Positions 1 through 10,849 of a stretch of DNA of 64,000 nt are shown piece by piece. Origin of the DNA: an uncultured Desulfarculus sp. (GTDB lineage Bacteria; Desulfobacterota; Desulfarculia; Desulfarculales; Desulfarculaceae). Numbering within the stretch: the first letter of the stretch is position 1; every line of letters starts with the position of its first letter. The stretch spans positions 2,144,001 through 2,208,000 of the forward strand of contig CAXXUK010000001.1 of the NCBI GenBank assembly GCA_963665125.2, given 5' to 3'. The position numbers and the translations under genes are program-made. Under the pieces are notes generated by a model. It was given only the letters and a program-made list of their open reading frames with translations, searched no databases and was not told the DNA's origin.

Positions 1-206
1 AGGTGGGTCAGGCCCTTCAGGAAGGCGTCGTCAGAGGCGTCACGGGCCTGTTTGAGGCCCTTGCCCGCGGCCACCGGGGCAACCGTGCGCTTGCCGCGCC
101 CCAGCAGGATGCCGACGAGCAGGCCCACAGCCAAGAGAATTACGCCCGCCGCCGCCATGGCCACGGTCACATTTTGGCCCATTGCAACAAAAAGGGTTTG
201 GTCCAT
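1..206 (-). CDS. N-terminal part of a probable LapB-like (LPS assembly, TPR) membrane-anchored protein; runs off the window edge
   Basis: Manual translation from ATG at 206: MDQTLFVAMGQNVTVAMAAAGVILLAVGLLVGILLGRGK...DAFLKGLTH. N-terminal TM helix then an FLKGL motif; starts 2 nt after the lapA-like stop. Confidence 0.6.
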   Translation of the reverse strand, partial: MDQTLFVAMGQNVTVAMAAAGVILLAVGLLVGILLGRGKRTVAPVAAGKGLKQARDASDDAFLKGLTH

Positions 207-208
207 GA

Positions 209-625
209 TTACTTGTTTCCGTTTTCCGGCTCAACCACCGCCAACTGTTCGGCCATTGTCTCCGGCTCGGCAGTCTTTTCCAATAGCGGCGGGGCTTGCT
301 TTTGCACGCTGTTGTTTTCGTTTACCGGCAGGTTGCGCAGGCTGTTGATCTCGTTGTTGAGCCTGTCGATCTCTTTACCCTTGTCCTTAACCTGCTTGCG
401 CAGGCGCAGGCGCTCCAGAATCCCCACCAGACTGGCGGCCAGCAGGCCGAAGAAGAACCCCAGGAGGATGATCAGGTACGTGGGATACGGCGTTGACTCC
501 AGGTTGACGAAATAAAGGTTGAGCCGCAGGGCCAGAGGATGGCTGAGGGGCTCGATGTTCTGGATCATGAAAATGACGGCCAGCGCAACCGCCGCTGAAA
601 CCACAAACGCCTTTAGGTAGCCCAT
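209..625 (-). CDS. LapA family (LPS assembly protein A) membrane protein
   Basis: Two TM segments around a 'FMIQN' motif, then a coiled coil; upstream of lapB-like ORF. Confidence 0.75.
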   Translation of the reverse strand: MGYLKAFVVSAAVALAVIFMIQNIEPLSHPLALRLNLYFVNLESTPYPTYLIILLGFFFGLLAASLVGILERLRLRKQVKDKGKEIDRLNNEINSLRNLPVNENNSVQKQAPPLLEKTAEPETMAEQLAVVEPENGNK

Positions 626-633
626 CGTCGCTC

Positions 634-1119
634 CTATTTAATATTCTTGAAATAAGGCCGCAGCTTCTCGCAGGTGGCCTCAATGTGCTCGGGCACGGAC
701 CGTACATCGCCAAGCACGGTCATGAAATTGGTGTCGCCGCTCCAGCGGGGGACGATGTGGAAGTGCATGTGCTCCTCGATGCCCGCTCCGGCCACGCGGC
801 CCAGGTTGAGCCCGCAGTTGAACCCCTCGGGGTTCATCAGATCGCTGAGGGCCTTTTTGGCCAGGGTCAGGTTGGCCATCAGGTCCAGGCTCTCCTGTTC
901 GGTCAGCGCCTCCAGCCCGGCTATGTGGCGCTTGGGCGCGACCAGCAGATGTCCATTATTGTAAGGGTATTTGTTCATCATCACCAGCGTGGTTTCACCC
1001 ACGCCCAGCACAAGGTTGTCGGCGCCCTTGCCGTCGGTGGCCAAACAGAAAATACAGCCGTCGGCCTTGTCTTCACCCAGGATGTAGCTCATGCGCCAGG
1101 GCGCCCATAAAACGTCCAT
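634..1119 (-). CDS. HIT family nucleotide hydrolase/phosphorylase
   Basis: LWAPWRMSYI, CIFC, NKYPYNNGHL and histidine triad HMHFHIVPRW. Confidence 0.92.
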   Translation of the reverse strand: MDVLWAPWRMSYILGEDKADGCIFCLATDGKGADNLVLGVGETTLVMMNKYPYNNGHLLVAPKRHIAGLEALTEQESLDLMANLTLAKKALSDLMNPEGFNCGLNLGRVAGAGIEEHMHFHIVPRWSGDTNFMTVLGDVRSVPEHIEATCEKLRPYFKNIK

Positions 1120-1131
1120 AAAAACGTACTC

Positions 1132-1617
1132 CTACAACTTTATGATACTGCCTTCAATGCCTTGGTCAACCTCAAGCAGGCCCACCGTGCCCCCGGGCCG
1201 ACCGCCCATGGCCGTGCCTGGGTTGAATAAAAGTATTCCATTTTTAATCAAATTGGTCGGTTGATGGGAATGGCCAAACACGATGCAATCGACATTGTCG
1301 CCGGAAAACTCGCCGGCCACCCTTTCCATGAGCCCTTGTTTGGCCCCCCAACCGTGCATCAAGCCTATTCTTTTTGTTCCGGCTTTGATGATTCTTTTTG
1401 TCGGCAAATCCCTGGTGCTGGGGCCCTGGTCCATGTTTCCGGCCACGGCCAGCACCTCGGCTTGGCCGAAACAGTCCAGAACCGATATGTGGGTGATGTC
1501 TCCGGCGTGGAGAATCATGTCCACCCCGCCCAGAACCCGGCTCATTGTCTCGGCAAAGGCCTGGTCGTACGCGTTCATATGGGTGTCTGACACTACGCCG
1601 ATACGGATCATGCTCAT
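1132..1617 (-). CDS. YfcE/MJ0936-type metallophosphoesterase
   Basis: SDTH, HAGD, GNMD, HG, GHSH and NPG motifs. Confidence 0.9.
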   Translation of the reverse strand: MSMIRIGVVSDTHMNAYDQAFAETMSRVLGGVDMILHAGDITHISVLDCFGQAEVLAVAGNMDQGPSTRDLPTKRIIKAGTKRIGLMHGWGAKQGLMERVAGEFSGDNVDCIVFGHSHQPTNLIKNGILLFNPGTAMGGRPGGTVGLLEVDQGIEGSIIKL

Positions 1618-2345
1618 CCCAAATCAACCAGTTCGATCTCGCCCCAAGCGGCTATGGAACGCCCGACCACGGCCAGGGCGCCAAGAACTCCGGGAATTGT
1701 TTTAGCCCAATCCAGGGCCTTTTCCAGGTCGGCGGCTCCGGTTATGCGGTTGCCCAGCGCGGTGGCCGCGGCATCGGCCAAGGCCGCGTCCTTGGCTATG
1801 ACCGTGGCCGCGTCGGCCCGGCCAAGCGACAGCGAGTGCCCAACCGTGCCCGAGCTTGTGCCGATGGCCATGGGCTGCTCGTTGGCCTTTACGCCGAGTC
1901 CCAAACGGCCGCTGAACGGCGAGTTGCCCGCCGAAAGGCCGATGGTTATATCCCGGCCCGTATCCAGGTACAGGTCTCCGCCGTTTTCCACGGCCACGGC
2001 CTTGCTCAGCGGCCTAAGCCCAACGGCCACGAACTGGGCCATGGCCCCGGCCACGGCGGCCATGGGCCCGGTGCCCGCGGCGATACCGGCCCTGAGCATG
2101 GCCCGGACCAGGGGCGGGGCCAAGTCGTCGTCGGCCAGGGGCTCCAGGGAGTCGAAGAATCCGGACCTGGAGACACCGTAGTTTTCCAGCCCCCGGCGCA
2201 GTTCGATGACCAACTCAACGGCCTGAATGCTCAGGTCGGACTCGGCCATCAGCCACAGGTCGGTTTCCTTGACCCTGGCGGCAAAACCGCAGAGGCCGGC
2301 GGCGCGGCACGACAAACGATAATTGCGCGGTTCAAACGTTGCCAA
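1614..2345 (-). CDS. UPF0280 / ApbE-like family protein
   Basis: ETDL, GPMAAVAGA, VENGGD, TSSGTVGHSLSLGRADA and ADAAATALGN motifs; TTG start. Confidence 0.85.
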   Translation of the reverse strand: MATFEPRNYRLSCRAAGLCGFAARVKETDLWLMAESDLSIQAVELVIELRRGLENYGVSRSGFFDSLEPLADDDLAPPLVRAMLRAGIAAGTGPMAAVAGAMAQFVAVGLRPLSKAVAVENGGDLYLDTGRDITIGLSAGNSPFSGRLGLGVKANEQPMAIGTSSGTVGHSLSLGRADAATVIAKDAALADAAATALGNRITGAADLEKALDWAKTIPGVLGALAVVGRSIAAWGEIELVDLG

Positions 2346-2546
2346 ATTTTTTCAGCCTGTGGGCCTTCCGCTATCAGGTGCGCCTGGAGCGCAATTTCGC
2401 ATCGTTATAACCCAGTATTTTGCAACGTGTCAACGAAAGTAGCCCTAAGGAGTCAATGTCCCCGACTTGGCCGGATATCCCATATCTTGACTTGGCTTGG
2501 CGCATAAGCTAATAACATGGAAGTCTTTTTTAGCACTGGAGTAGCC

Positions 2547-3179
2547 ATGAACAGCCGCCGTCTGGCACGGCTCATGGGCATAATCTGCGATATCAAGGCG
2601 AACCCCCGCCGCAGCCCGGACGAAATGTGCCGGCGATTCGATATTTCCCGCCGCCAATTTTACAAGGACCGGGACACGTTGGCCGATATGGGCTTCGGTT
2701 TTCACTATGTCCGGGGCAAACAAGGCTTTATCTTGGACAAGGAGCTGACCTTCAATGTCTCGGGGCTGTCCCTGGCGGATTTGTTCGCCCTTATCCTGGC
2801 GGTGCGCGAGCTGACCAGCCTGTCGGACTTCGGCCTGGCCATGGCCGCCCTCGGCGGTCTGCGGCGGCTGATAAACCAACTCCCCGAGGACAGCCGCCGT
2901 GTATTCACCGACGCCATGGAGCAGGTGGTGGTCACCGACGGTTTCGGCTGCCGTCCCCAGGTGCTCGGCGAACTGGAACAGGCCGTTGAAGACGGCCGCC
3001 GGGTGGTTTTGGTTTTCAATGGAGAAGGCGAAACCCGCCAAACCGTGGACCCCAAACGGCTGTTCCTGAGCAACGGCGTCCTGCATCTGGAGGCCGACGG
3101 CCTCAAACAAGGCGCGCTCCAGTCGCTTAGCCAGGTGCGCAAGGTAATACCCACTCCCTTCTATTCCCCGAGGGAGTGA
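2547..3179 (+). CDS. HTH plus degenerate WYL-domain transcriptional regulator
   Basis: N-terminal HTH (EMCRRFDISRRQFYKDRDTLADMG) and C-terminal WYL-like segment (RQTVDPKRLFLSNGVLHLEA); ATG 2547 preferred, alternative start 2517. Confidence 0.7.
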   Translation: MNSRRLARLMGIICDIKANPRRSPDEMCRRFDISRRQFYKDRDTLADMGFGFHYVRGKQGFILDKELTFNVSGLSLADLFALILAVRELTSLSDFGLAMAALGGLRRLINQLPEDSRRVFTDAMEQVVVTDGFGCRPQVLGELEQAVEDGRRVVLVFNGEGETRQTVDPKRLFLSNGVLHLEADGLKQGALQSLSQVRKVIPTPFYSPRE

Positions 3180-3238
3180 TTTTTTCGGGAAACCGCATTG
3201 GCGGCGGCATTTCCGCCCGCCCTTTGAAAGGATAATCC

Positions 3239-4417
3239 ATGCGTGAAGTTGTCATAGTCAGCGCCTGCCGCACCCCGGTCGGATCGTTCCAGGGCGCCTT
3301 TGCCTCGCTGTCAGCGCTTGACCTGGGCGTCGTGGCCATCAACGAGGCCATGAACCGGGCCGGCCTGCAAAAAGAGCAGATCGACGAAGTGATCATGGGC
3401 AACGTGCTGCCCGCCGGCATGGGCCAGAACCCCGCCCGCCAGGCCAGCCTAAGAGCCGGGCTGCCCTTTGAGGTCGGCTGCATCACGGTGAACAAGGTCT
3501 GCGGATCGGGCCTCAAGAGCGTGATGTTGGGGGCTCAGGCCATCGCCTGCGGCGACGCCGATATCATCATCGCCGGCGGCATGGAGTCCATGACCGGCGC
3601 GCCGTACCTGATCCCCAAGGGCCGGGCCGGGCTGCGCATGGGCAACGGCCAGGTTGTCGACTCCATGGTCAGCGACGGCCTGTGGGACCATCTCAACAAC
3701 TTCCACATGGGCATGAGCGCCGAACTCTGCGCCGAAAAATACGGAGTGACCCGGGAGGATCAGGACAAGTTCTCCGTGGAGAGCTACAACAAATCGGCCA
3801 AGAGCCAGGCAGAGGGCAAGTTCAAGGACGAGATCGTGCCGGTGAAGGTCAATACCCGCAAGGGCGAAACCGTGGTGGAGCTTGACGAAGGCGTCAAGGA
3901 ATCGTCCTTGGAGGTCCTGGCCAAGCTGCGTCCGGCTTTCAAACGCGACGGAGGCACGGTGACGGCGGGCAACGCCAGCACCATCAACGACGGCGCGGCC
4001 GCCGTGGTGCTGATGGCCGCCGAAAAGGCCGCCGAACTGGGTGTCAAGCCCCTGGTCAGGGTCGGAGCCCAGGCCGCGGCGGGCCTTGATCCCAAGTATG
4101 TGCTGGTGGCCCCCATCTACTCCATCCCCAAGGCCTGCGCCAAGGCCGGCATCGACCCCAGGGACATCGAGTTGCACGAACTCAACGAGGCGTTCGCATC
4201 TTCGTCGATCGCCGTGCAGCGCACCCTTGACCTGGACCCCGCCCGGATCAACATCTTCGGCGGCTCCATTTCCATCGGCCACCCCATCGGCGCCTCCGGG
4301 GCCAGGGTCCTGACCACGCTGATCTACGCCATGAAAGGCACCGGCGCGGCCACCGGCATGGCCAGTTTGTGCCTTGGGGGCGGCGAAGCCGTCTCTTTGC
4401 TGGTACATAATGTCTGA
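3239..4417 (+). CDS. Acetyl-CoA C-acetyltransferase (thiolase) 1
   Basis: [19 protein letters not shown] and CLGGG motifs. Confidence 0.95.
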   Translation: MREVVIVSACRTPVGSFQGAFASLSALDLGVVAINEAMNRAGLQKEQIDEVIMGNVLPAGMGQNPARQASLRAGLPFEVGCITVNKVCGSGLKSVMLGAQAIACGDADIIIAGGMESMTGAPYLIPKGRAGLRMGNGQVVDSMVSDGLWDHLNNFHMGMSAELCAEKYGVTREDQDKFSVESYNKSAKSQAEGKFKDEIVPVKVNTRKGETVVELDEGVKESSLEVLAKLRPAFKRDGGTVTAGNASTINDGAAAVVLMAAEKAAELGVKPLVRVGAQAAAGLDPKYVLVAPIYSIPKACAKAGIDPRDIELHELNEAFASSSIAVQRTLDLDPARINIFGGSISIGHPIGASGARVLTTLIYAMKGTGAATGMASLCLGGGEAVSLLVHNV

Positions 4418-4470
4418 AAAAAACCGGCCCGGCCCGGTTTACCTTATTGAAGGGAATTAGGAGAATAACA

Positions 4471-5649
4471 ATGAAAGAAATAGTCATCGCAGGAGCCGCC
4501 AGAACTCCGGTGGGCCGTTTCGGCGGCAGCCTCACCGACGTATCGGCCGTTGATCTGGGCGTGATCGCCGTCAAAGCCGCCATGGAACGCGCCGGGGTGG
4601 GCGCATCCATGGTCGACGAAGTGATCTACGGCAACGTCCTGGGCGCGGGCCTGGGCCAAAACGTGGCCCGCCAGGTCCAGGTGCATGCCGGCATCCCGGT
4701 GGAAAAAAACGCCTTCACCGTCAACAAGGTCTGCGCCTCGGGCCTTAAAAGCGTGATGCTGGCCGCCCAGGCCGTGATGTGTGGCGACGCCGAAATCGTC
4801 GTGGCCGGCGGCACCGAGAACATGAGCGCCGCGCCTTATCTGTTGCCCAAGGGCCGCTGGGGCCACAGGATGGGCAACGGCTCGCTGGTCGACGGCATGA
4901 TCCATGACGGTCTTTGGGATATCTTCAACGGCTACCATATGGGCATCACCGCCGAGAACGTGGCTGAAAAATACGGCATTACCCGCCAGATGCAGGACGA
5001 CCTGGCCCTGGTCAGCCAGAACCGCGCCGAAGCGGCCATCAAGGGGGGCATATTCAAGGACGAGATCGTGCCCGTGCCCATTCCTCAACGCAAGGGCGAC
5101 CCGAAAATCTTTGACACCGACGAGCACCCACGCCTGGGCACCACCATGGAAGCCCTGCAAAAGGTCGGCCCGGCCTTCAAGAAGGACGGCACCGTCACCG
5201 CCGGCAACGCCAGCGGCATCAACGACGGCGCAGCGGCCGTGGTTGTCACCAGCCGGGAAAAGGCCAACGAACTGGGCCTGCCGGTTCTGGCCAAGATCCG
5301 CTCCTACGGCTGGGGCGGCGTCGATCCCTCGGTCATGGGCCTGGGCCCCATCGCGGCCTCCCGCTCGGCCATGACCAAGGGCAACTGCACGGTGGAAGAC
5401 CTTGATCTCATCGAGGCCAACGAGGCGTTCGCCTCCCAGGCCGCGGCGGTTATCAAGGAGTTGGGCCTCAACACCGACATCGTCAACGTCAGCGGCGGCG
5501 CCATCGCCCTGGGCCATCCCATCGGCGCGTCCGGCGCGCGCATCCTGGTCACTTTGCTCTACGGCATGATCAGGCGCGACGCCAAGCTGGGCCTGGCCAC
5601 GCTGTGCATCGGCGGCGGCCAGGGCGCGGCCATGATCCTCGAACGTTAA
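4471..5649 (+). CDS. Acetyl-CoA C-acetyltransferase (thiolase) 2
   Basis: [20 protein letters not shown] and CIGGG motifs; RBS AGGAGA before ATG 4471. Confidence 0.95.
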   Translation: MKEIVIAGAARTPVGRFGGSLTDVSAVDLGVIAVKAAMERAGVGASMVDEVIYGNVLGAGLGQNVARQVQVHAGIPVEKNAFTVNKVCASGLKSVMLAAQAVMCGDAEIVVAGGTENMSAAPYLLPKGRWGHRMGNGSLVDGMIHDGLWDIFNGYHMGITAENVAEKYGITRQMQDDLALVSQNRAEAAIKGGIFKDEIVPVPIPQRKGDPKIFDTDEHPRLGTTMEALQKVGPAFKKDGTVTAGNASGINDGAAAVVVTSREKANELGLPVLAKIRSYGWGGVDPSVMGLGPIAASRSAMTKGNCTVEDLDLIEANEAFASQAAAVIKELGLNTDIVNVSGGAIALGHPIGASGARILVTLLYGMIRRDAKLGLATLCIGGGQGAAMILER

Positions 5650-5661
5650 GACCCGCTATCT

Positions 5662-5695
5662 TGGGCCCTCCCCCCCGGGGAGGGCCTAGTTTTTT
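5662..5695 (+). terminator. Intrinsic terminator after thiolase 2
   Basis: GGCCCTCCCC/GGGGAGGGCC stem followed by a T tract. Confidence 0.8.
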
Positions 5696-5736
5696 CCACA
5701 GCCTGAGCACCCGCTCGTTTTCTTTTTCACAATCTA

Positions 5737-5776
5737 TTGCCTTGTGTTGTTTTTTAGGTTACTTTGGTTGCACCAA
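5737..5776 (+). promoter_or_regulatory. Putative sigma70 promoter with overlapping TTGGT-N3-ACCAA dyad upstream of crotonase
   Basis: TTGCCT-17 nt-TACTTT (5737-5765); dyad at 5764-5776. Confidence 0.45.
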
Positions 5777-5893
5777 TCTGGGTGAACTGTGTTTACAGGC
5801 AACCGTCCGGCGCCGCCCGGGCGGCAACTTTCAGGAGCGGTCCGCGCCGGCTTCGCCGGGCCGCCGAGCCGAATGGGACGAGAAAGGGATAAC

Positions 5894-6682
<789 letters not shown>

Positions 6683-6754
6683 TATCCGGACGAACAAAAC
6701 GCGCGAACATACAACGGTTTGCTTTTGCAACAACTTTCAACATAGAGGTATCAA

Positions 6755-7903
6755 ATGAATTTCGCACTGACCGAAGAACAACAGATGGTCAAAGACACTG
6801 CGGCCCGCTTTGCCGACGAGGTCCTCAAGCCCCAGGCCAAGCACTTTGACGAGACCCACGAGCATCCCGCCGAGGCCGTCGAGGCCTTGGCCGAGTTGGG
6901 ATTCATGGGCATCGCCGTTGAAGACGAGTACGGCGGCGCGGGCATGGACTATATCAGCTACGTGCTGGCCATGACCGAGATCAGCCGCGGCGACGCCTCG
7001 GTGGGCGTCATTATGAGCGCCAACAACTCCCTGTACTGCTACCCGATGATGACCTTCGGCACCCCCGAGCAGAAAGAGCAGTTCCTGACCCCGGTGGCCA
7101 GCGGCCAGAAAATCGGCTGCTACGGCCTGACCGAGGCCGGCGCGGGCTCCGATCCCGGAGCCATGCGCACCACGGCCGTGCTGGACGGCGACGAGTGGAT
7201 CCTTAACGGCGAAAAAAAATTCATCACCAACGGCCCCATCGCCTCCTACGCCGTAATCGCCGCCGTCACCGATAAGAGCGCGGGCGCCAAGGGCATCAGC
7301 ACCTTTGTGGTGGACCTGGAAAACACCCCCGGCTTCTCGGTGGGCTTTATCGAGGAAAAGATGGGCATCTGCGCCAGCGGCACCTCGGAGCTGGTTTTTG
7401 AAGACGCCCGCATCCCCAAGGGCAACCTCATCGGCCAGCAGGGCGGCGGTCTCAAGCAGATGCTGATGACCCTCAACTCCGGCCGCATCGGCATCGGTTC
7501 CCAGGCCCTGGGCATCGGCCGGGCCGTGCTGGAAGAGGCCGTGGCCTACGCCCTGGAGCGTGAGCAGTTCGGCAAGCCCATCAGCGCCATGCAGGCCATT
7601 CAGTGGAAGCTGGCCGACATCGCCACCCAGCTCGACGCCGCCGAGCTTCTGCTGCTGCGGGCGGCCTGGCTGGAAGACCAGCACGCCAACTTCGAGAAGG
7701 AAGCGGCAATGGCCAAGATGTTCGCCTCGGACGCGGCCATGAGCGCGGCCATCGAGGGCGTGCAGATCCTGGGCGGCTACGGCTATTGCAAGGAATACCC
7801 CATGGAGCGCCATATGCGCGACGCCAAGATCACCCAGATCTATGAAGGCACCAACGAGATCATGCGTCTGGTCGTGGCCCGCAACACCCTCAGAATGCGC
7901 TAA
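6755..7903 (+). CDS. Acyl-CoA (butyryl-CoA-like) dehydrogenase
   Basis: GLTEAGAGSD, NGEKKFITN, REQFGKPI, ILGGYGY and IYEGTNEI motifs. Confidence 0.95.
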   Translation: MNFALTEEQQMVKDTAARFADEVLKPQAKHFDETHEHPAEAVEALAELGFMGIAVEDEYGGAGMDYISYVLAMTEISRGDASVGVIMSANNSLYCYPMMTFGTPEQKEQFLTPVASGQKIGCYGLTEAGAGSDPGAMRTTAVLDGDEWILNGEKKFITNGPIASYAVIAAVTDKSAGAKGISTFVVDLENTPGFSVGFIEEKMGICASGTSELVFEDARIPKGNLIGQQGGGLKQMLMTLNSGRIGIGSQALGIGRAVLEEAVAYALEREQFGKPISAMQAIQWKLADIATQLDAAELLLLRAAWLEDQHANFEKEAAMAKMFASDAAMSAAIEGVQILGGYGYCKEYPMERHMRDAKITQIYEGTNEIMRLVVARNTLRMR

Positions 7904-7910
7904 TCAGTTC

Positions 7911-7943
7911 GGCCGGGGTTCCTGCCTGGAGCCCCGGCCTTTT
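7911..7943 (+). terminator. Intrinsic terminator
   Basis: GGCCGGGGTTCC/GGAGCCCCGGCC stem followed by TTTT. Confidence 0.8.
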
Positions 7944-8234
7944 ACAACCAGCCCCCATCACAAGCTTTTTCCCACGTCGTAACCTCCGCGAATTGCCATG
8001 AGCAAAGAGGCCGACAGCAATTCCATCTCTTTTTGTCGAGTCATAACCTAGAGAATCCGGAAAAAATAAACCGCAATCGTCAATCAGAACCTTGTTTCCC
8101 GCACTTTCAATAAGCTAAAATTTCCTGGACAAACCGGGCAATCGACTTCCAGTAGCGGCCATTCCCGCAGGCGGCCGTCTGCAGCATTGAACACCGCCCG
8201 TGTTCTATAACCACGCAGATGGAGGCCCTCTCGA

Positions 8235-9890
8235 ATGGAAATCATCAAAGGTTTTCCCGCAACTTCTCAAGACAACTATCAATTCAACATTCTCAACATC
8301 ATGAAGCACGGCGTGCGCAACTTCGCCAAACAGGAGGTCGTAAGCAAAACACCGGCGGGCATTTTGCGCTTCACTTACGCCGACACTTACAAGCGGACCC
8401 AGAAGCTGGCCTCGGCCCTGAAAAAACTGGGCGTGGGCGTGGGCGACCGCGTCGGCGTAATGGACTGGAACACCCACCAGAACTTTGAGTGTTACAACGC
8501 CATCCCCGGCATGGGCGCGGTTATGGTGTTGTTGAACCTGCGTCTTGCCCCGCCGGACCTGGCCTATGTCATCAACCACGCCGGCGTCAAGTGCATCATC
8601 GCGGATCAGTTCCTTCTGCCGCTCATCGAGGCCGTGGCCCCGCACCTGGAGACCGTGAAGACCTTCATCGTTATCCACAACGAGATATGGGGCGATGTAA
8701 ACAGCAAGCTCGACCCGCTCTATGATTACGAGGAACTGCTGGCCGAGGCCGAAGACACCTACGACTGGCCCAACCTGGACGAGACATCGGCCGCCGCTGC
8801 CTGTTACACCACCGGCACCACGGGCAAGCCCAAGGGCGTCTATTATTCCCACCGCTGCATCTACACCCACACCCTGGTCTCGGCGGCTGGCGTGGAAGGC
8901 AAGCTGGCCGACACGTATTACCAACTTGTACCCATGTTCCACGCCCTGGGCTGGGGCGGTCTGTACTATGCCATGTTCGTCGGGATGAAAATCGTCCTGC
9001 CCGGCATGTACACCCTGGACAATCTCGACGCCCTGGCCAAGCTGATGATCGACGAAGGCGTCACCTGCGGCGCCGGCGCGCCGGCCCTGTTGATGCCCAT
9101 GCTCGAATACATCAAGGGACTGCCGGAAAAGCCGGACCTGAGCCGTACAAGGTTCTTCTGCGGGGCCTCGGAGCCGCCCATAGCCTTGATGAAATCCTTC
9201 AAGGAACTGGTGGGTCTGGATGTGATGCACGCCTATGGCGCCACGGAAACCACCCCGCTGGCCTCGGCCAACAAGCTCAAGCCTTGGATGGAGTCCATGA
9301 GTGATGAGGAAAAGTGGGACCTCAAGCGCAAACAGGGCATCGTCTGTTCGGGCCTGGACGTCAAGCTGCTGGGCGGCGTCAGCAATGAGCTTCCCTTTGA
9401 CGGCAAAAGCGCCGGCGAGATCTGCCTGCGCGGCCCCTGGATCACGGGTTCTTATTACAACGCTCCCGGCTCCGAGGCCCAGTTTACAGAAGACGGCTAT
9501 TGGCGAAGCGGCGACGTGGGCACGGTTGACGAAGAAGGCTATCTGAAAATCACCGACCGCCTCAAGGACGTAATCAAGACCGGCGGAGAGTGGATTTCCT
9601 CGGTGGACATGGAAAACCTGATCATGAGCCATCCCATGGTCCTGGAGGCCGCGGTGGTGGGCCTGGAACACCCCAAGTGGGAGGAACGCCCCCTGGCCCT
9701 GGTCATCCCCCGGCCCGAGGCCAAGGAGCAGCTCAACGCCGATGTGATCCGCGACCACCTGGGCAAGGCCTTCGCCAAGTGGCAATTGCCCGATCAGGTG
9801 TTGTTCGTCGATGAAATCGCCAAGACCAGCGTGGGCAAGATCAGTAAAAAAGACCTGCGGGCCCAGTACAAGGAACTGTATCTAAAGTAG
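8235..9890 (+). CDS. Fatty-acid--CoA ligase (AMP-binding, AlkK/ttLC-FACS-like)
   Basis: YTTGTTGKPKG, YGATET, SGD, DRLKDVIKTGGEWISS and KTSVGK motifs. Confidence 0.93.
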   Translation: MEIIKGFPATSQDNYQFNILNIMKHGVRNFAKQEVVSKTPAGILRFTYADTYKRTQKLASALKKLGVGVGDRVGVMDWNTHQNFECYNAIPGMGAVMVLLNLRLAPPDLAYVINHAGVKCIIADQFLLPLIEAVAPHLETVKTFIVIHNEIWGDVNSKLDPLYDYEELLAEAEDTYDWPNLDETSAAAACYTTGTTGKPKGVYYSHRCIYTHTLVSAAGVEGKLADTYYQLVPMFHALGWGGLYYAMFVGMKIVLPGMYTLDNLDALAKLMIDEGVTCGAGAPALLMPMLEYIKGLPEKPDLSRTRFFCGASEPPIALMKSFKELVGLDVMHAYGATETTPLASANKLKPWMESMSDEEKWDLKRKQGIVCSGLDVKLLGGVSNELPFDGKSAGEICLRGPWITGSYYNAPGSEAQFTEDGYWRSGDVGTVDEEGYLKITDRLKDVIKTGGEWISSVDMENLIMSHPMVLEAAVVGLEHPKWEERPLALVIPRPEAKEQLNADVIRDHLGKAFAKWQLPDQVLFVDEIAKTSVGKISKKDLRAQYKELYLK

Positions 9891-9970
9891 TTCGCAAGAT
9901 AAGACCTACCAAAGCAGCGCCGGGCCGTTTATCATGACGGTCCGGTGCTTATTTATTCGGGAGAAGGCGG

Positions 9971-10747
9971 ATGAAACTGACATGGTGGGGCACGGCGGCA
10001 TTGGAGATCGAACACGGCGGCATAGTTTATTGGGTGGACCCGTATCTGACCCGCAATGAAAAGGCCTTTCCCAAGGTCGGCCGCGCGCCTGAAGAGGTCC
10101 GGCGGGCCGCCGCGATTTTCCTGACCCACGGCCACTTCGACCATATCCAGGACACGGCCCGGATCGCCGGGCAAACCGGGGCCATGGTCCACTGCAGCGC
10201 CGAGGCCGCCGACACGCTAATTGGCCATGGCCTGGCCACGGAACAAATCAGCGTCGTGCCCAACAACGGCGCGAGCTATCAACTTTGCGGCCTTGCCGCC
10301 ACGGCCCACTACAGCGAGCACATCAAATTCGACATTCCGTTGATTATCAAGACGTTGTGGCGTTGCGGATTTACAATAGGCAGGTTTAAGCATTTAATGA
10401 AAATTTACCCCTGCGGCCAGGTCCTGGCCTGGCGCCTGGCCCTAGATGGGCGGGAGCTGCTTGTCTTCGGCAGCGGCGGATCCAGCGCCGCGGAACTCGC
10501 TGAGTTGGCCAAGCGTCCCACGGATGTATTGTGCGTGCCCTTGCAGGGCCACAGCCGCATCTACGACATCGCCCTGAATTATATCGAGGCCCTGAGGCCC
10601 AGGACGGTCATCCCCATCCACCAGGACGACTTTTTCCCGCCCATATCCGTCAACGTGGACATAACACCGTTTCGCGAGGCATTGCGAAGGCAACACCCCA
10701 AGGTCGAGCTGCTCGTAGCCGAGGTCGGGCAACCCTTCCCGCTTTAG
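9971..10747 (+). CDS. MBL-fold metallo-hydrolase
   Basis: WVDPY, THGHFDH and IPIHQD motifs. Confidence 0.85.
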   Translation: MKLTWWGTAALEIEHGGIVYWVDPYLTRNEKAFPKVGRAPEEVRRAAAIFLTHGHFDHIQDTARIAGQTGAMVHCSAEAADTLIGHGLATEQISVVPNNGASYQLCGLAATAHYSEHIKFDIPLIIKTLWRCGFTIGRFKHLMKIYPCGQVLAWRLALDGRELLVFGSGGSSAAELAELAKRPTDVLCVPLQGHSRIYDIALNYIEALRPRTVIPIHQDDFFPPISVNVDITPFREALRRQHPKVELLVAEVGQPFPL

Positions 10748-10759
10748 TTCCCTAAAAAC

Positions 10760-10812
10760 TTGCTCAACGGGCCCTCAAAATATACAATTGGGTGACAATA
10801 TGCGTAACACCC
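10760..10812 (+). promoter_or_regulatory. Putative sigma70 promoter of meaB-xre-acd with downstream dyad
   Basis: TTGCTC-17 nt-TACAAT (10760-10788); GGGTG-N13-CACCC at 10790-10812. Confidence 0.5.
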
Positions 10813-10849
10813 TTAATCGTAAGACATTTTTGGCAATCGGCTACCAATC

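Noticed and set aside
8189..8205. GAACAC-N5-GTGTTC dyad upstream of the acyl-CoA ligase
   Set aside because: Single copy with short arms and no well-spaced promoter to anchor it.
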